Origin: Edaphobacter aggregans
GTDB lineage: Bacteria; Acidobacteriota; Terriglobia; Terriglobales; Acidobacteriaceae
Reading direction: 5' to 3'
DNA: 32,000 bases
Assembly: GCF_003945235.1 (NCBI RefSeq)
Contig: NZ_RSDW01000001.1
Location: forward strand, 2,640,001-2,672,000
A program made the translations under genes and the position numbers. The stretch's first letter is position 1, and every line of letters begins with the position of its first letter. Below are positions 9,119-18,500 of this stretch, piece after piece. The notes beneath the pieces were generated by a model. The model searched no databases. It had not been told where the DNA came from and saw only the letters and a list, made by a program, of their open reading frames with translations.

Positions 9119-9265
9119 GCAGACAACCTGCAGGTCAGAGCCGACTGTAGTTCCCAGGTCCTCGCGGTCTCCGCCAAGAGATGAATCCGCGGGGATCTGG
9201 TGCCTTCACTTCAAATCCTGCTACACATAAATCCTTAAATCTTCCTGTAAACATCGGACTTTTCG

Positions 9266-9294
9266 AATATACGACAAGATAGGTCGCCATTCAA
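9266..9294 (-). promoter_or_regulatory. Sigma70-like promoter on the minus strand (TTGAAT-N17-TATATT), likely for the STN receptor operon
   Basis: The reverse complement reads TTGAAT (9294-9289), 17 nt, TATATT (9271-9266), in the AT-rich patch at 9230-9340. It overlaps the direct repeat TATCTTG-N10-TATCTTG. It implies a ~340-nt 5' leader. Confidence 0.45.
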
Positions 9295-9384
9295 GATAAA
9301 TATCGGACGAATTAAGTCCTGATTTCGATCACCGCACAGAAAATCGATGCCCCGATGTCTGCGCCGCGCCCTCACCCTCACGGC

Positions 9385-9419
9385 AAAAAAGAGAGGGCCG
9401 CAAAAACATCGCAGCCCTC
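9385..9419 (-). terminator. Intrinsic terminator of the 1181-aa receptor gene
   Basis: The minus-strand RNA reads 'gagggcugc-gauguuuuu-gcggcccuc', a 9-bp stem with one G-U pair, followed by 'ucuuuuuugcc'. It lies 27 nt after the stop at 9446. Confidence 0.7.
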
Positions 9420-9445
9420 CAGAAAACCGTTCTACGCTCTGCGCG

Positions 9446-12400
9446 TCAGAATGTAATGCGCGCGGCGAACTGGCCGAAGCGCCGCTCGTCGTTTGCTCCC
9501 CCGTTCACGCCGCCCTTCCTGCCCTGAATAACAAGTGGGTTGCCGTCGTAGGTGCCCCCAACATCGTTAGCGGTCTCCAGCACATACATGTTGTGGTGAT
9601 TGAACAGATCGAATCCTTCAGCCCGCAACTCCACCGAGACCCGTTCCGTGATCGGCACAGTCTTGCTTACCGCCGCGTCAAAGTTCCACGCCCCCGGCCC
9701 ATAGAAAGAGTTCCGGTGAGTCATCCCCGCAGGATACGGTCCGAAGTCCGCGTAGCTGCCAGCCAGGAGACTCGACGCCGGGAACTCCATCGCAGCAGGA
9801 AGATTACCCAGGCTGAAGAGATTCGGCGCCAATTGCCCTCCCTTCAATGCCTGATTGAACCTCGTATTCGTGATGGGTGCCGAAGGTAGATACCGCGGAA
9901 TACCTGAGCCCGCGCCTGCATTCAGCGATGGGCCGCTATCCGAGTATCCGAATGGCGTCCCAGTGCGAACCGTATAAATACCCGTCAGCAAAAATCCGCC
10001 CAGCAGACGGGCTCGCGCGCTCCTGTCAGTCCTGAACCACGGTGTCTGGTAGATCGGCGCGATCACGAAGCGATGACGCGTATCGAAGTCCGAAGCGCCA
10101 TAATCCAGCGCAGGGTTGAACGGATTCAGATACCCAAGATTACCCACACCGTTAGAGGAAGAGTTGCTCTCGGAGAAAGTCGAACTGATATCGTCCCGCG
10201 AGTGCGCAAACGTATAGTTGGCCGTCAGACTCAACCCGCTACGATGAAAATCATTCATCTGCAACCCAATGTTCATGCCGTCATAGTGCGAGTCGCCATT
10301 GCTTCCACGATCGTTGATATCGCTGTATTGATTGTTGGATCGAGAAAACCCGTTCGATAGAGCGGTAGGCGCTACAATCGGATCTCCCAGATACACATTG
10401 CCCGCGCCCTGCTGGTTATAGTTCTTGACGTCATACAGATGGATACCGCGTGAGCCCACATAACCGATCGACGCTACCACGCTGTTTGCAAGCTGCCGTT
10501 CCAGCGTCAGGCTGTAGAACTGCGTCGAAGCCACGCGGATATTTGGATCCACCGCTCGCAGCGACGTTGGAGGCAACGGTACATTCCCGGACGCGCCGCC
10601 TAGTGGCCCCAGATTGCTCGGCGTCACCGGCGTATTGTTGACCGTAATCACGGCGTAGTTCGGTGGGTTCTGGATGATGTTGAACGTGACGTTGCCGAAG
10701 TTGCGCTCGTACGAAATACCGAAGCCGCCGCGAATCGACGTCTTCCCATCTCCATTGATGTCATACGCAAAGCCCACGCGCGGGGATACCGTCCCATACT
10801 GCGGATTCCACGGCCGTCCATTCGGACTGTTCGGAGTCGTCAGCACCTGCCCACTACGAATCTGAGCAGGAATACTCGAGCCCGGTCCCGGGAAGAAATT
10901 CGCCTGCAAGCTCGGATGATTTTCAAACAGTACGCCAAGGTGGTCGTAGCGAACTCCGTAGTTAGCGACGAACTTCGGCGTCATCTTGAACGAGTCCTGC
11001 GCGTAGACCGCCCATTCCTTATACCGATTGCTGCGCGCGAAGCTTGGCTGAGACGCCGGCAGTTGAACCGAGCAAGCCTGCGTTACCGTCAAATTACCCG
11101 TGGTGTAGTCCCTAAAGCATGGAAAAGCGCCGTTAGGATTCGCCGCCGCCTTGAAAACGGCGAGCTGCCCGTTCAGAAACTGATCCAACGAGTTCGCCGC
11201 GTTCGATCCAAGGCCCTGCACTGCCTGCGCATACGCACCATAAGAGATGTTGTTCTGTATATAAAACAACTGCACCCCGACTTTGATTGAGTGACGACTC
11301 TTCGTAAAGTCGAAGTCCTGATTGATCTGGGACGTATTCTGCGGACCGGCCGCCGGTAGTCCGCCAGTGCCTTCATTGATCGCGAAGAAGCCCGGCAGTT
11401 GAACCTGGATGCCCTGATACGTAGCACCGCTCCTCATGTAAAGCGCTGGCGTATTCTGCAGCGACGTGTCATAGCTCTGGTCCGTCGAATTGCGCGTGAA
11501 GCTCAACTTCGTACTGCTGACAAGAGTAGGGTTGAACACGTGCGACAGGCCATAAAGATACGTCTGTCCCTTGATCGCTTGCCCTACGTTGAATTGGGAG
11601 TAAGGCGAACTGTAGAGGCCTCCCGGCTCGTCGATCTCGTGGTAGTTTGCATACCGGCCATACATCGTCGTCTTGTCTGAGAAGTTGTAATCTCCACGCG
11701 CGACCAGATAGTACGTATTCTGCGGATTTCCTCCACCCGCATTCGCCGGGGCCTGAAAAGCCACCACACCAAAAACCGGAGTGCTGTTCGGCAACATGTC
11801 GAAAGCACCGTTCGGTGTTGGCTTCACACCGCCTGGGTTTGCAACTGGATCAAATAACAAGTCCGATTTCAGCAACGTACTTGCATACGCAGGCGGATTC
11901 TTACCATGGGCCGTAAAGTAATCCTGAAGATTAGAAGCAGACGCCGCCAGAAATTGCGGAGTCGGAATCAGCGATTGATTGTTCGCCGTTCCCCGCACTC
12001 GAATCCACTCCGTGCTCTGGAAGAAGAAGAGCTTGTCCTTCATAATCGGGCCGCCGATATCGTAGCCAAACTGATTGCGCGTGAAATTGCCCTTATCAAT
12101 ACCCGACTGAGCATTCGTCACCGTATTCGACGTGTAAGCCGACAACCGGTTGTACCACCACGTCCCACCGTGAAATTGATTTGTCCCGCTCTTCGTCACG
12201 ACATTCACCACACCGCCCGAAGCGCGTCCATACTCAGGTCCGAAGTTGCTCGTAATCACGCGATACTCCTGCACGCTATCGATAGGAATCTGAATAAGCG
12301 CCGGCCCGGTCAGATACGTATCGTTGTTCTCCACACCATCCAACAAAATCTGAGTCCCCGTAGATCGCTGTCCATTCAACGAAAAACCCACTCCGCGCGT

Positions 12401-12991
12401 AGTCTGATTCTGATCGCCAGTAGTCGACGTAGCGCCGCTCGACGTCACCTTATCGCCCGAGCTGATATTCCCGGCAATCGTCACAAAGTCATAAGGATTG
12501 CGCGACAAGCTCGGCAGTTGCGACACCTGCTGACTATCGACAACCTGTGACACCTCCTGGCTCTGCGTATTCACCGCAACGCCACCCTCTCCCTGCACCG
12601 TAACCGTCTCCATCGAGCCAGCCGGAATCAACTTCACATCCACCGTCAACCTTCCACCGACCGTCACTTCGGCCTTCCCGGCAAACGCACCCAACCCGCC
12701 GGTCGCGGCCACAGCGATGTTATAGAGCCCCGGCGCCAAACCCGTGAAAACATACGACCCTGTATCAGTCGCCTTCACACTTCGCGAAGCATTCGTCGCA
12801 GTATTCGTAACCGTAACGGTCACACCAGGGACGACAGCACCCGTCGTATCGGACACGGTACCCGCTATCTGTCCTGTTTCCTGCGCATACGCAACAACAC
12901 CCAGCGCAACGAACGTGAACACAACCATGCTGATACAGCGCATCAACGCGCCAGGAAAGTTCCTCGAATGAGATTTGAGTGGGGTATGCAT
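9446..12991 (-). CDS. Large TonB-dependent receptor / outer-membrane barrel with N-terminal carboxypeptidase-regulatory-like domain (acidobacterial type)
   Basis: Signal peptide 'MHTPLKSHSRNFPGALMRCISMVVFTFVALGVVAYAQE'. CarboxypepD_reg-like 'GQIAGTVSDTTGAVVPGVTVTVTNTATNASRSVKATDTGSYVFTGLAPGLYNI'. Plug-like 'VSQLPSLSRNPYDFVTI'. The terminal 'FAARITF' ends in aromatic F. Start set at the ATG 12991 (RBS 'AGGAGatccggac'). Confidence 0.9.
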   Translation of the reverse strand: MHTPLKSHSRNFPGALMRCISMVVFTFVALGVVAYAQETGQIAGTVSDTTGAVVPGVTVTVTNTATNASRSVKATDTGSYVFTGLAPGLYNIAVAATGGLGAFAGKAEVTVGGRLTVDVKLIPAGSMETVTVQGEGGVAVNTQSQEVSQVVDSQQVSQLPSLSRNPYDFVTIAGNISSGDKVTSSGATSTTGDQNQTTRGVGFSLNGQRSTGTQILLDGVENNDTYLTGPALIQIPIDSVQEYRVITSNFGPEYGRASGGVVNVVTKSGTNQFHGGTWWYNRLSAYTSNTVTNAQSGIDKGNFTRNQFGYDIGGPIMKDKLFFFQSTEWIRVRGTANNQSLIPTPQFLAASASNLQDYFTAHGKNPPAYASTLLKSDLLFDPVANPGGVKPTPNGAFDMLPNSTPVFGVVAFQAPANAGGGNPQNTYYLVARGDYNFSDKTTMYGRYANYHEIDEPGGLYSSPYSQFNVGQAIKGQTYLYGLSHVFNPTLVSSTKLSFTRNSTDQSYDTSLQNTPALYMRSGATYQGIQVQLPGFFAINEGTGGLPAAGPQNTSQINQDFDFTKSRHSIKVGVQLFYIQNNISYGAYAQAVQGLGSNAANSLDQFLNGQLAVFKAAANPNGAFPCFRDYTTGNLTVTQACSVQLPASQPSFARSNRYKEWAVYAQDSFKMTPKFVANYGVRYDHLGVLFENHPSLQANFFPGPGSSIPAQIRSGQVLTTPNSPNGRPWNPQYGTVSPRVGFAYDINGDGKTSIRGGFGISYERNFGNVTFNIIQNPPNYAVITVNNTPVTPSNLGPLGGASGNVPLPPTSLRAVDPNIRVASTQFYSLTLERQLANSVVASIGYVGSRGIHLYDVKNYNQQGAGNVYLGDPIVAPTALSNGFSRSNNQYSDINDRGSNGDSHYDGMNIGLQMNDFHRSGLSLTANYTFAHSRDDISSTFSESNSSSNGVGNLGYLNPFNPALDYGASDFDTRHRFVIAPIYQTPWFRTDRSARARLLGGFLLTGIYTVRTGTPFGYSDSGPSLNAGAGSGIPRYLPSAPITNTRFNQALKGGQLAPNLFSLGNLPAAMEFPASSLLAGSYADFGPYPAGMTHRNSFYGPGAWNFDAAVSKTVPITERVSVELRAEGFDLFNHHNMYVLETANDVGGTYDGNPLVIQGRKGGVNGGANDERRFGQFAARITF

Positions 12992-13424
12992 GTCCGGATC
13001 TCCTGTAAGTTGCGACTTGAAGGAGCAAGACGAGCTATCGTCTGTTCGATCCACACATGCACTAAACGCAATCGAATCGCCATCCAGCGATCACGCCAGT
13101 TACTCGAAAAATAGCGTTTTTACGGGCAAAATTTTCTACAACCAGCTGATTCAAAATAATTTGCAAAACAGCTCGTCACAATATTTTTGAGATGAGCCTA
13201 TGAAGCGGTTTTTAAGCTTCGTGACCAGCTACGCCCTACGGTGACGAACAGTAATCCCCGAGTTACAGATTGCAAGCGAAAATCGAGTCACTCGTCCCAC
13301 CCGACGATAAGTTCCCCTCACTTACCACCGCACTCCATAAAAAAAGCGAAAAACCTGTATTTTCACGCAATTGAACTTACAGAAAAATGGAATTAGTCCC
13401 TGCCCGCAGAAGGTCGTCACGCAT

Positions 13425-15503
13425 CTAGTTTGCGAGCTTTGCAGCCTGACGCTTATAGTCTTCAGCTTTGGACGAATTACCTTGCCTCTGGTAAACGTCC
13501 GCAAGAGCGAGATACAAATCGGCATTTGGCGGCTGAAACTGAAGCTCTGACTCGAGAATATGTGTCGCCTTCGGATAGTCTCCGGCCTGCTCATTCGCCT
13601 GAGACATCTGAATCGCAGTCTGCTGGCTCACCTCATCGGTAAGGGGGAACTTCGTCGAAAGTTCCACAATCTCCTTGTACTTGTTGCTCTGCGAAAGCAG
13701 GTCCACAAGCCTGGTAAGCGCCGGCAGGTAGTGCGGATCATCCGCAAGCGAGCGCTGCAGCCACACGATGGCACTATCGCTTTGTGATTGCATCAAGGCA
13801 CTCAAGCCGCGCTTGTAGTCGTCGATCGCAGTCCCGCGTCCACCGGACTCGCTCGCATCGTAGGCAGTCCACATATCAGTCATCTCTGCCTCACTGGTCA
13901 CGTGGAAGGTCAAGGCTGCATACGTCTTCTGTTGCGTCGTATCATCAGTCGCCGTAATGACTGCGCGATAGTTACCGGCTGGCAGTCCCTCCGTCGAAAG
14001 CGTCCGCCCGGTCAACAATGTCCCTGAAGCATCGAAGTTGGTAGCGTCGATCTCTTCGTCTTCCTGGTGTGTATCTTGCCCCGCCTGCATGGTGCCGTAG
14101 ACATAATGAACCTTGATCTTGTGCCCCTCGCGCGCCGCCGGATCCAATGGCTTGCTCCAAAGCTGATACAGCAGCCGCACTGGTTCACCCGGATGCACCG
14201 ATACCTGTTGCACTCCCTTCGGAACAAATCGTAGTCCCGCAACACTGAAAGGAAGAATGCCCGCAGGATCATGCGTCGGAGGTTGAGGCGAAAAGCACAG
14301 GATCTTGCTGACGCTCCAGTTCGCCTGTACAGGATCCGGCACGAGAACTTCAACATGCTGCCGAACAGCCGAGTGGTTGAGGTCATTCGTCAATGTAGAA
14401 ACGATCTGATATCTGCCAGGAACGAGCGGAAGCCGGCTCTCGGCGCCAAAACGCTTGCTACGAGCTGCAGTTGCCTGACTCTCGTTAACGACGCCGCCTA
14501 GCTTTTCATTCTGTACGTAGACTGGCCTGCCATCTTGCGTAAGAACTGAAGTCTGGAGCGTCAAAGAATAGCCCGTCTGCTTGTTAGGCAGAATGCCGAT
14601 AAGGTCCCGTTCCGGACGTTCATAGGACAGCAGCGAATTAACCGTCATGCGTCCAGTCGCATCCCGAAAAACGATCGTCTGAAGGGAAGCAGGATTGTTA
14701 CCCGAAAAGACGCTCGTTGTAACCCGTTCGGTCATTCTCCGCTGATTCAACATCTCCTTTGTCAGTGGATTCTCAGGCAGCCCTTTGATCGTGCTCAACA
14801 GAACATCAGACTGCAGACTCGGAGTGTAATCATTCAAATTGACCGGCTCGCCAGGAATCAACGATATCGTTGTTCGAGCAACTTCATCTCCCAGCGATCT
14901 CTTGATGACATCCAGATTATTCTTCTGGTCATTCTTACCTTCAAGGCCCGTAACCAATCGCGACGGCCCATCCTGGTAAGGAGAGTACAGTGTGTAGTCT
15001 TCTCCGAAGCTGCGTTTGTAGAAGACGATATAGAAATGCGCAGGCAGCGCTGGGGTCGCGGCCTGGTAGAACCAGATCTGTAGAGGCCGCACATTTTTGC
15101 GCTCAGGATAGTCCGCCTTCTGCTTCGGCTCACCTAGCATGATGTAGATGCGACCACGATCCGTGCGCCAACCATCCTGCGCGCTGATGTTGCCGAAGTT
15201 TTGATTTACATAGGCCAGCCGGCGATAGTGCTCCTCTCGATACTCGTTTGTCTCTGACCCAGGATTAGGGTTGCGCGCCTCCCAGAAGGCCTTGATGAAG
15301 TTATCCCTCTCATCATCGCTGGACAACATCAGAAACTGCTTACGCTCGTCCGCCTGGATGATGTACGGCACTTCCTCATTGATCCAGTGCTTGTATCGGG
15401 GAGACAGATTCTTCGTCGGGTCGACCGCATAAAGCGCCGAGGACGCGAAGAGAAGGAAGAGAAAGAAGAAAAAGAGGCCGGTTCGTACGTGACGCAGACG
15501 CAA
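13425..15503 (-). CDS. GWxTD domain-containing protein with C-terminal TPR repeats (secreted)
   Basis: Signal peptide 'RTGLFFFFLFLLFASSALYA'. The diagnostic motif is 'AQDGWRTDRGRIYIMLGEP'. C-terminal TPR-like helices ('AIVWLQRSLADDPHYLPAL...', 'ADLYLALADVYQRQGNSSKAEDYKRQAAKL'). The start is TTG at 15503, 8 nt after AGGAGG. Confidence 0.88.
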   Translation of the reverse strand: MRLRHVRTGLFFFFLFLLFASSALYAVDPTKNLSPRYKHWINEEVPYIIQADERKQFLMLSSDDERDNFIKAFWEARNPNPGSETNEYREEHYRRLAYVNQNFGNISAQDGWRTDRGRIYIMLGEPKQKADYPERKNVRPLQIWFYQAATPALPAHFYIVFYKRSFGEDYTLYSPYQDGPSRLVTGLEGKNDQKNNLDVIKRSLGDEVARTTISLIPGEPVNLNDYTPSLQSDVLLSTIKGLPENPLTKEMLNQRRMTERVTTSVFSGNNPASLQTIVFRDATGRMTVNSLLSYERPERDLIGILPNKQTGYSLTLQTSVLTQDGRPVYVQNEKLGGVVNESQATAARSKRFGAESRLPLVPGRYQIVSTLTNDLNHSAVRQHVEVLVPDPVQANWSVSKILCFSPQPPTHDPAGILPFSVAGLRFVPKGVQQVSVHPGEPVRLLYQLWSKPLDPAAREGHKIKVHYVYGTMQAGQDTHQEDEEIDATNFDASGTLLTGRTLSTEGLPAGNYRAVITATDDTTQQKTYAALTFHVTSEAEMTDMWTAYDASESGGRGTAIDDYKRGLSALMQSQSDSAIVWLQRSLADDPHYLPALTRLVDLLSQSNKYKEIVELSTKFPLTDEVSQQTAIQMSQANEQAGDYPKATHILESELQFQPPNADLYLALADVYQRQGNSSKAEDYKRQAAKLAN

Positions 15504-15527
15504 GGAGGAGCCCTCCTGAAAAGGAAA

Positions 15528-15556
15528 CGGGAGAGAGTGAACGTCACCCTCTCCCG
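15528..15556 (-). terminator. Stem-loop with a U-rich tail between the 1118-aa receptor gene and the GWxTD gene
   Basis: 'cgggagag-a-gtga-acg-tcac-c-ctctcccg'. On the minus strand it is followed by 'tttccttttc'. Only 72 nt separate the two genes, so it is probably a partial terminator or attenuator within one transcription unit. Confidence 0.65.
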
Positions 15557-15576
15557 GTTAGTTTAAGTCACTTTAT

Positions 15577-18500
15577 CTAGAACTCCAACCGCACAGAACC
15601 GCGCGCATAGAACGGCGTCTGGAATGCCGTTGGCCGGTTGTAGTCTGAGTTCAGGGGCGGTGCAACACCAACCGAAGATGACGGAGTCTGCGTGTACTGG
15701 ACTCGACCCAATTCGAACTGGCTATTGGTCACATTGAACATGTCCATCGCCAACCTCAGCCTGTACTTCTCGGTAAACCGCCCGAGTGGCACGTCATAAC
15801 TAGTGTGCAGATCAAGCTGGAGCGTCGACGGAGTGCGTCCCGCGGCGCCACGGCCACCAATCGGAACCTCGCCCTGATTGAGGTAGATTGGGTGATTTCC
15901 TAGCAGGCTGAGCGGAACACCCGACTGGCCACGCAATCCCGAACCAAGCGTCAAGCCCTTTAATGAGTGCAGGAACGGCGTATCCGTGCCGACGTTATAG
16001 CTCAGGAAAAGATTGCCAACCGTCCGGCGATCGGTGCTGAGCACGCCATTTGCGAACTGGTCGCCAAGCAGGTTGAGAATGCCCGGTGTAAAGTCAAACA
16101 GCGAACTGATTCCGGGGTCGGACTGCCCATTATCGTTGCGGTAGGCACCCTCGTAGTTGCCGTAGAGCGTACCCCAGCGGAGATTAGCGACAGCCAGCCA
16201 GTGATTGGAAAACCGCTTGTCCACTTCGAACTCAGCGGCCTGATAGCGACGGACCGGCCTTACGAATCCATCCGGAATACCATCGCCCGGACCAGCATCC
16301 GCTTGCGCGAGATTCAGAATGCAGACGCCACCGACTTGTTGGTTGAGGCCATTGATAAAGAATGTGCCTATGGCGAAGAAAGTGTCATTTGCCGCTGTGC
16401 AACCAGGCTGAACAGGCACATAGGTCGCTGGTGTGACAGTATTCGGATTATTCTTGGCCGCAAACTGCGCCGGCGTATATTTCACTGACTGCTCATTCAC
16501 AGCGATGTCCGTGGACGGACCAGGATTCGCGATTCCACCGTTGAAGTTAGGAACAATCGTCGATCCCTCAGGAGATTGCGAACCGATATCCTCAATGATC
16601 CTGATGAGCCGTCGGTCGGTCCAACGTGCCTTGACGACAATTGAAGGAGTCATCTCGCGCTCGACGCCGATGACATACTCATCCCCATATTGTCCCTTGG
16701 TTCCGGGAATGATCCCTTCGCCGGTTGAAGAGGCGAAACTTGGGGCCCCAAATTTTGATATAACTCCGCTGCTATTTGTCGACCGGGGCAGACCGTTCAA
16801 AGTGTGGGCTGCGTCGGGGATGATAGTGAACGATCCGTTGGAATTGATGACCGGTGCGAAGGCAAAGCTGGTGTCGTCCTGCTCATTGCCAAGCTGACGG
16901 ATCGCCGCATCCAGAGGCATTGCCCAGAAGTTCCTGGAGAAGTTGAAGAACAGTTTGCTCTTGTGATCGCCCACGGGATCGATGTTGATGCCAAGCCGCG
17001 GCGACCAGTTTCCGGTAAACACATAGCTCAGAATGGTCCCGGCAACTCGCTGTTGCTCCCAGCGAGCTCCAGCATTGATTGAGATGTAACGGTTCATCTG
17101 ATACACATCGTTTACATAGGCCGTGTGGTAGCGGCCAAGAGCCTCAACAACCAAGCCCTTGTAAGTACCGCGATTGATGGAAGCATAAATCTGCTGACCA
17201 TGGCTATTGATAGGGCACTGTGTGCAGGTCCGGTCTGTCTGGGTGAGAGTCGGGTCTGAGTTAGTTGCCGTAATCCGGAATATCGCATTGGTCAGAGAGC
17301 CAACCGCACCGGCGGGGAAGTTTGAAAACAAAGTCGTCAAATCCTGCCCAGCCGCATTGTGACCCGGAATCGGGAAGAGTTGTCCCGACCGGGAAGGCCT
17401 ATCGTTAAAGTTGGTGTGATCGTACGCATATCCCAGCGAGACAGTGTGCTGGCCGAAGAAACCGAACGTCTTCGACGTATTGGCCTCAATGCTCCACGTG
17501 TCGTTCGTCGAGGGCTCGTACGCTCCAAGTCCGGAAGTAACGGATGCGCCAGGGACAAGCAGTGAGTTGGCACTTGCGTCCGTGATGCCGTAGTCCGTTG
17601 TAGCGGGTATCTCGTCAAAGTGATTGTAGTTATAGGCAAAGCCGGCATTAACCAGCCACGTCGGTGTAACGGCGGTCGTAATCCGCGCTACCGAGTTTCG
17701 CGAGCCATAATTCCAGTTACTTGCAGTTGTCTGCGGGAAATATGATGCCAGCCCACTGGAGCCCAATGCGAAGGGTTGCGTGTTGTGCCTCGACGGATCG
17801 CCAAAGCTTGACGCTTCAAACGTGGTCGCAGCGCCGATTTTATAGGTCACCTTACCCGCCCAACTCATGGTCGTCGTGCTGTAGGTCAATGGGCCAAGTG
17901 CAACGCTCGGCGCCGGAGCACCAGGGTTAGCCTGCATAATGGTCTGGTTCAGCTGCGGATTGAACGAGCCGAAGAAGAATAGCTTGTCTTGAAAATGGGG
18001 GATGTATCCGCCCAGCTCGACGACTGCATCGTACTGCGGGCTGGAGAGCGTCGAAGGCGGAGTCACCTGTTGAAAGCCAAACTGATAGTACTGGAAGCGG
18101 CTTGCGTACCAGGTTCCCGGCCCAAAATACGCACCGATCGCTCCGTGAAAATGATTGCTGCCGGACTTGGTGACGATCTGAACGACACCACCCAGCGCCT
18201 TGCCGTACTCCGGTTCGAATGCCGTCGTCTTGACGTTGACTTCCTTAATAAAGGAGAGGTTGACTCCCGTTCCGAGCGCACCATGGTAGCGGTTGTACGT
18301 GCCGATGCTGCCGAAAGCCTGATCGGTGATCGTCACACCGTCCACAACGTAGAGATTCTCAAGCCCCGAAGCTCCGCCGATCGATGGGTTCGCCTGACCG
18401 GGACCAATTTGCCCCGGCGAACCCGCCACCTGGCCGGCTGCCACGCCCGGCGCCGCATAGAAGATAGCCGAAACGTTTCTCGGCATCGGAACGCTGTTGT

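Noticed and set aside
9100-9215. Possible cobalamin riboswitch in the receptor leader (minus strand has 'AGTCGGCTCTGACCTGCAGG', resembling a B12 box, and 'GGGAA')
   Set aside because: The B12-box match needs a 2-nt insertion. The other conserved cores I recall (GCCACUG, GGUGnnAAnUCC) are absent. An STN/PiuC-linked receptor points to iron rather than corrinoids. An Infernal scan with RF00174 would settle it.
9015-9230. 71-aa plus-strand ORF across the receptor leader
   Set aside because: It starts upstream of the candidate plus-strand promoter and has no SD sequence. Its composition is not protein-like. The region is better explained as structured non-coding leader or antisense RNA.
9265-9300. 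Fur box overlapping the minus-strand promoter ('GATATTTATC', 'CAAGATA' x2)
   Set aside because: It is AT-rich and partly palindromic, but it matches the 19-bp GATAATGATAATCATTATC consensus poorly. I kept it only as a remark within the leader finding.
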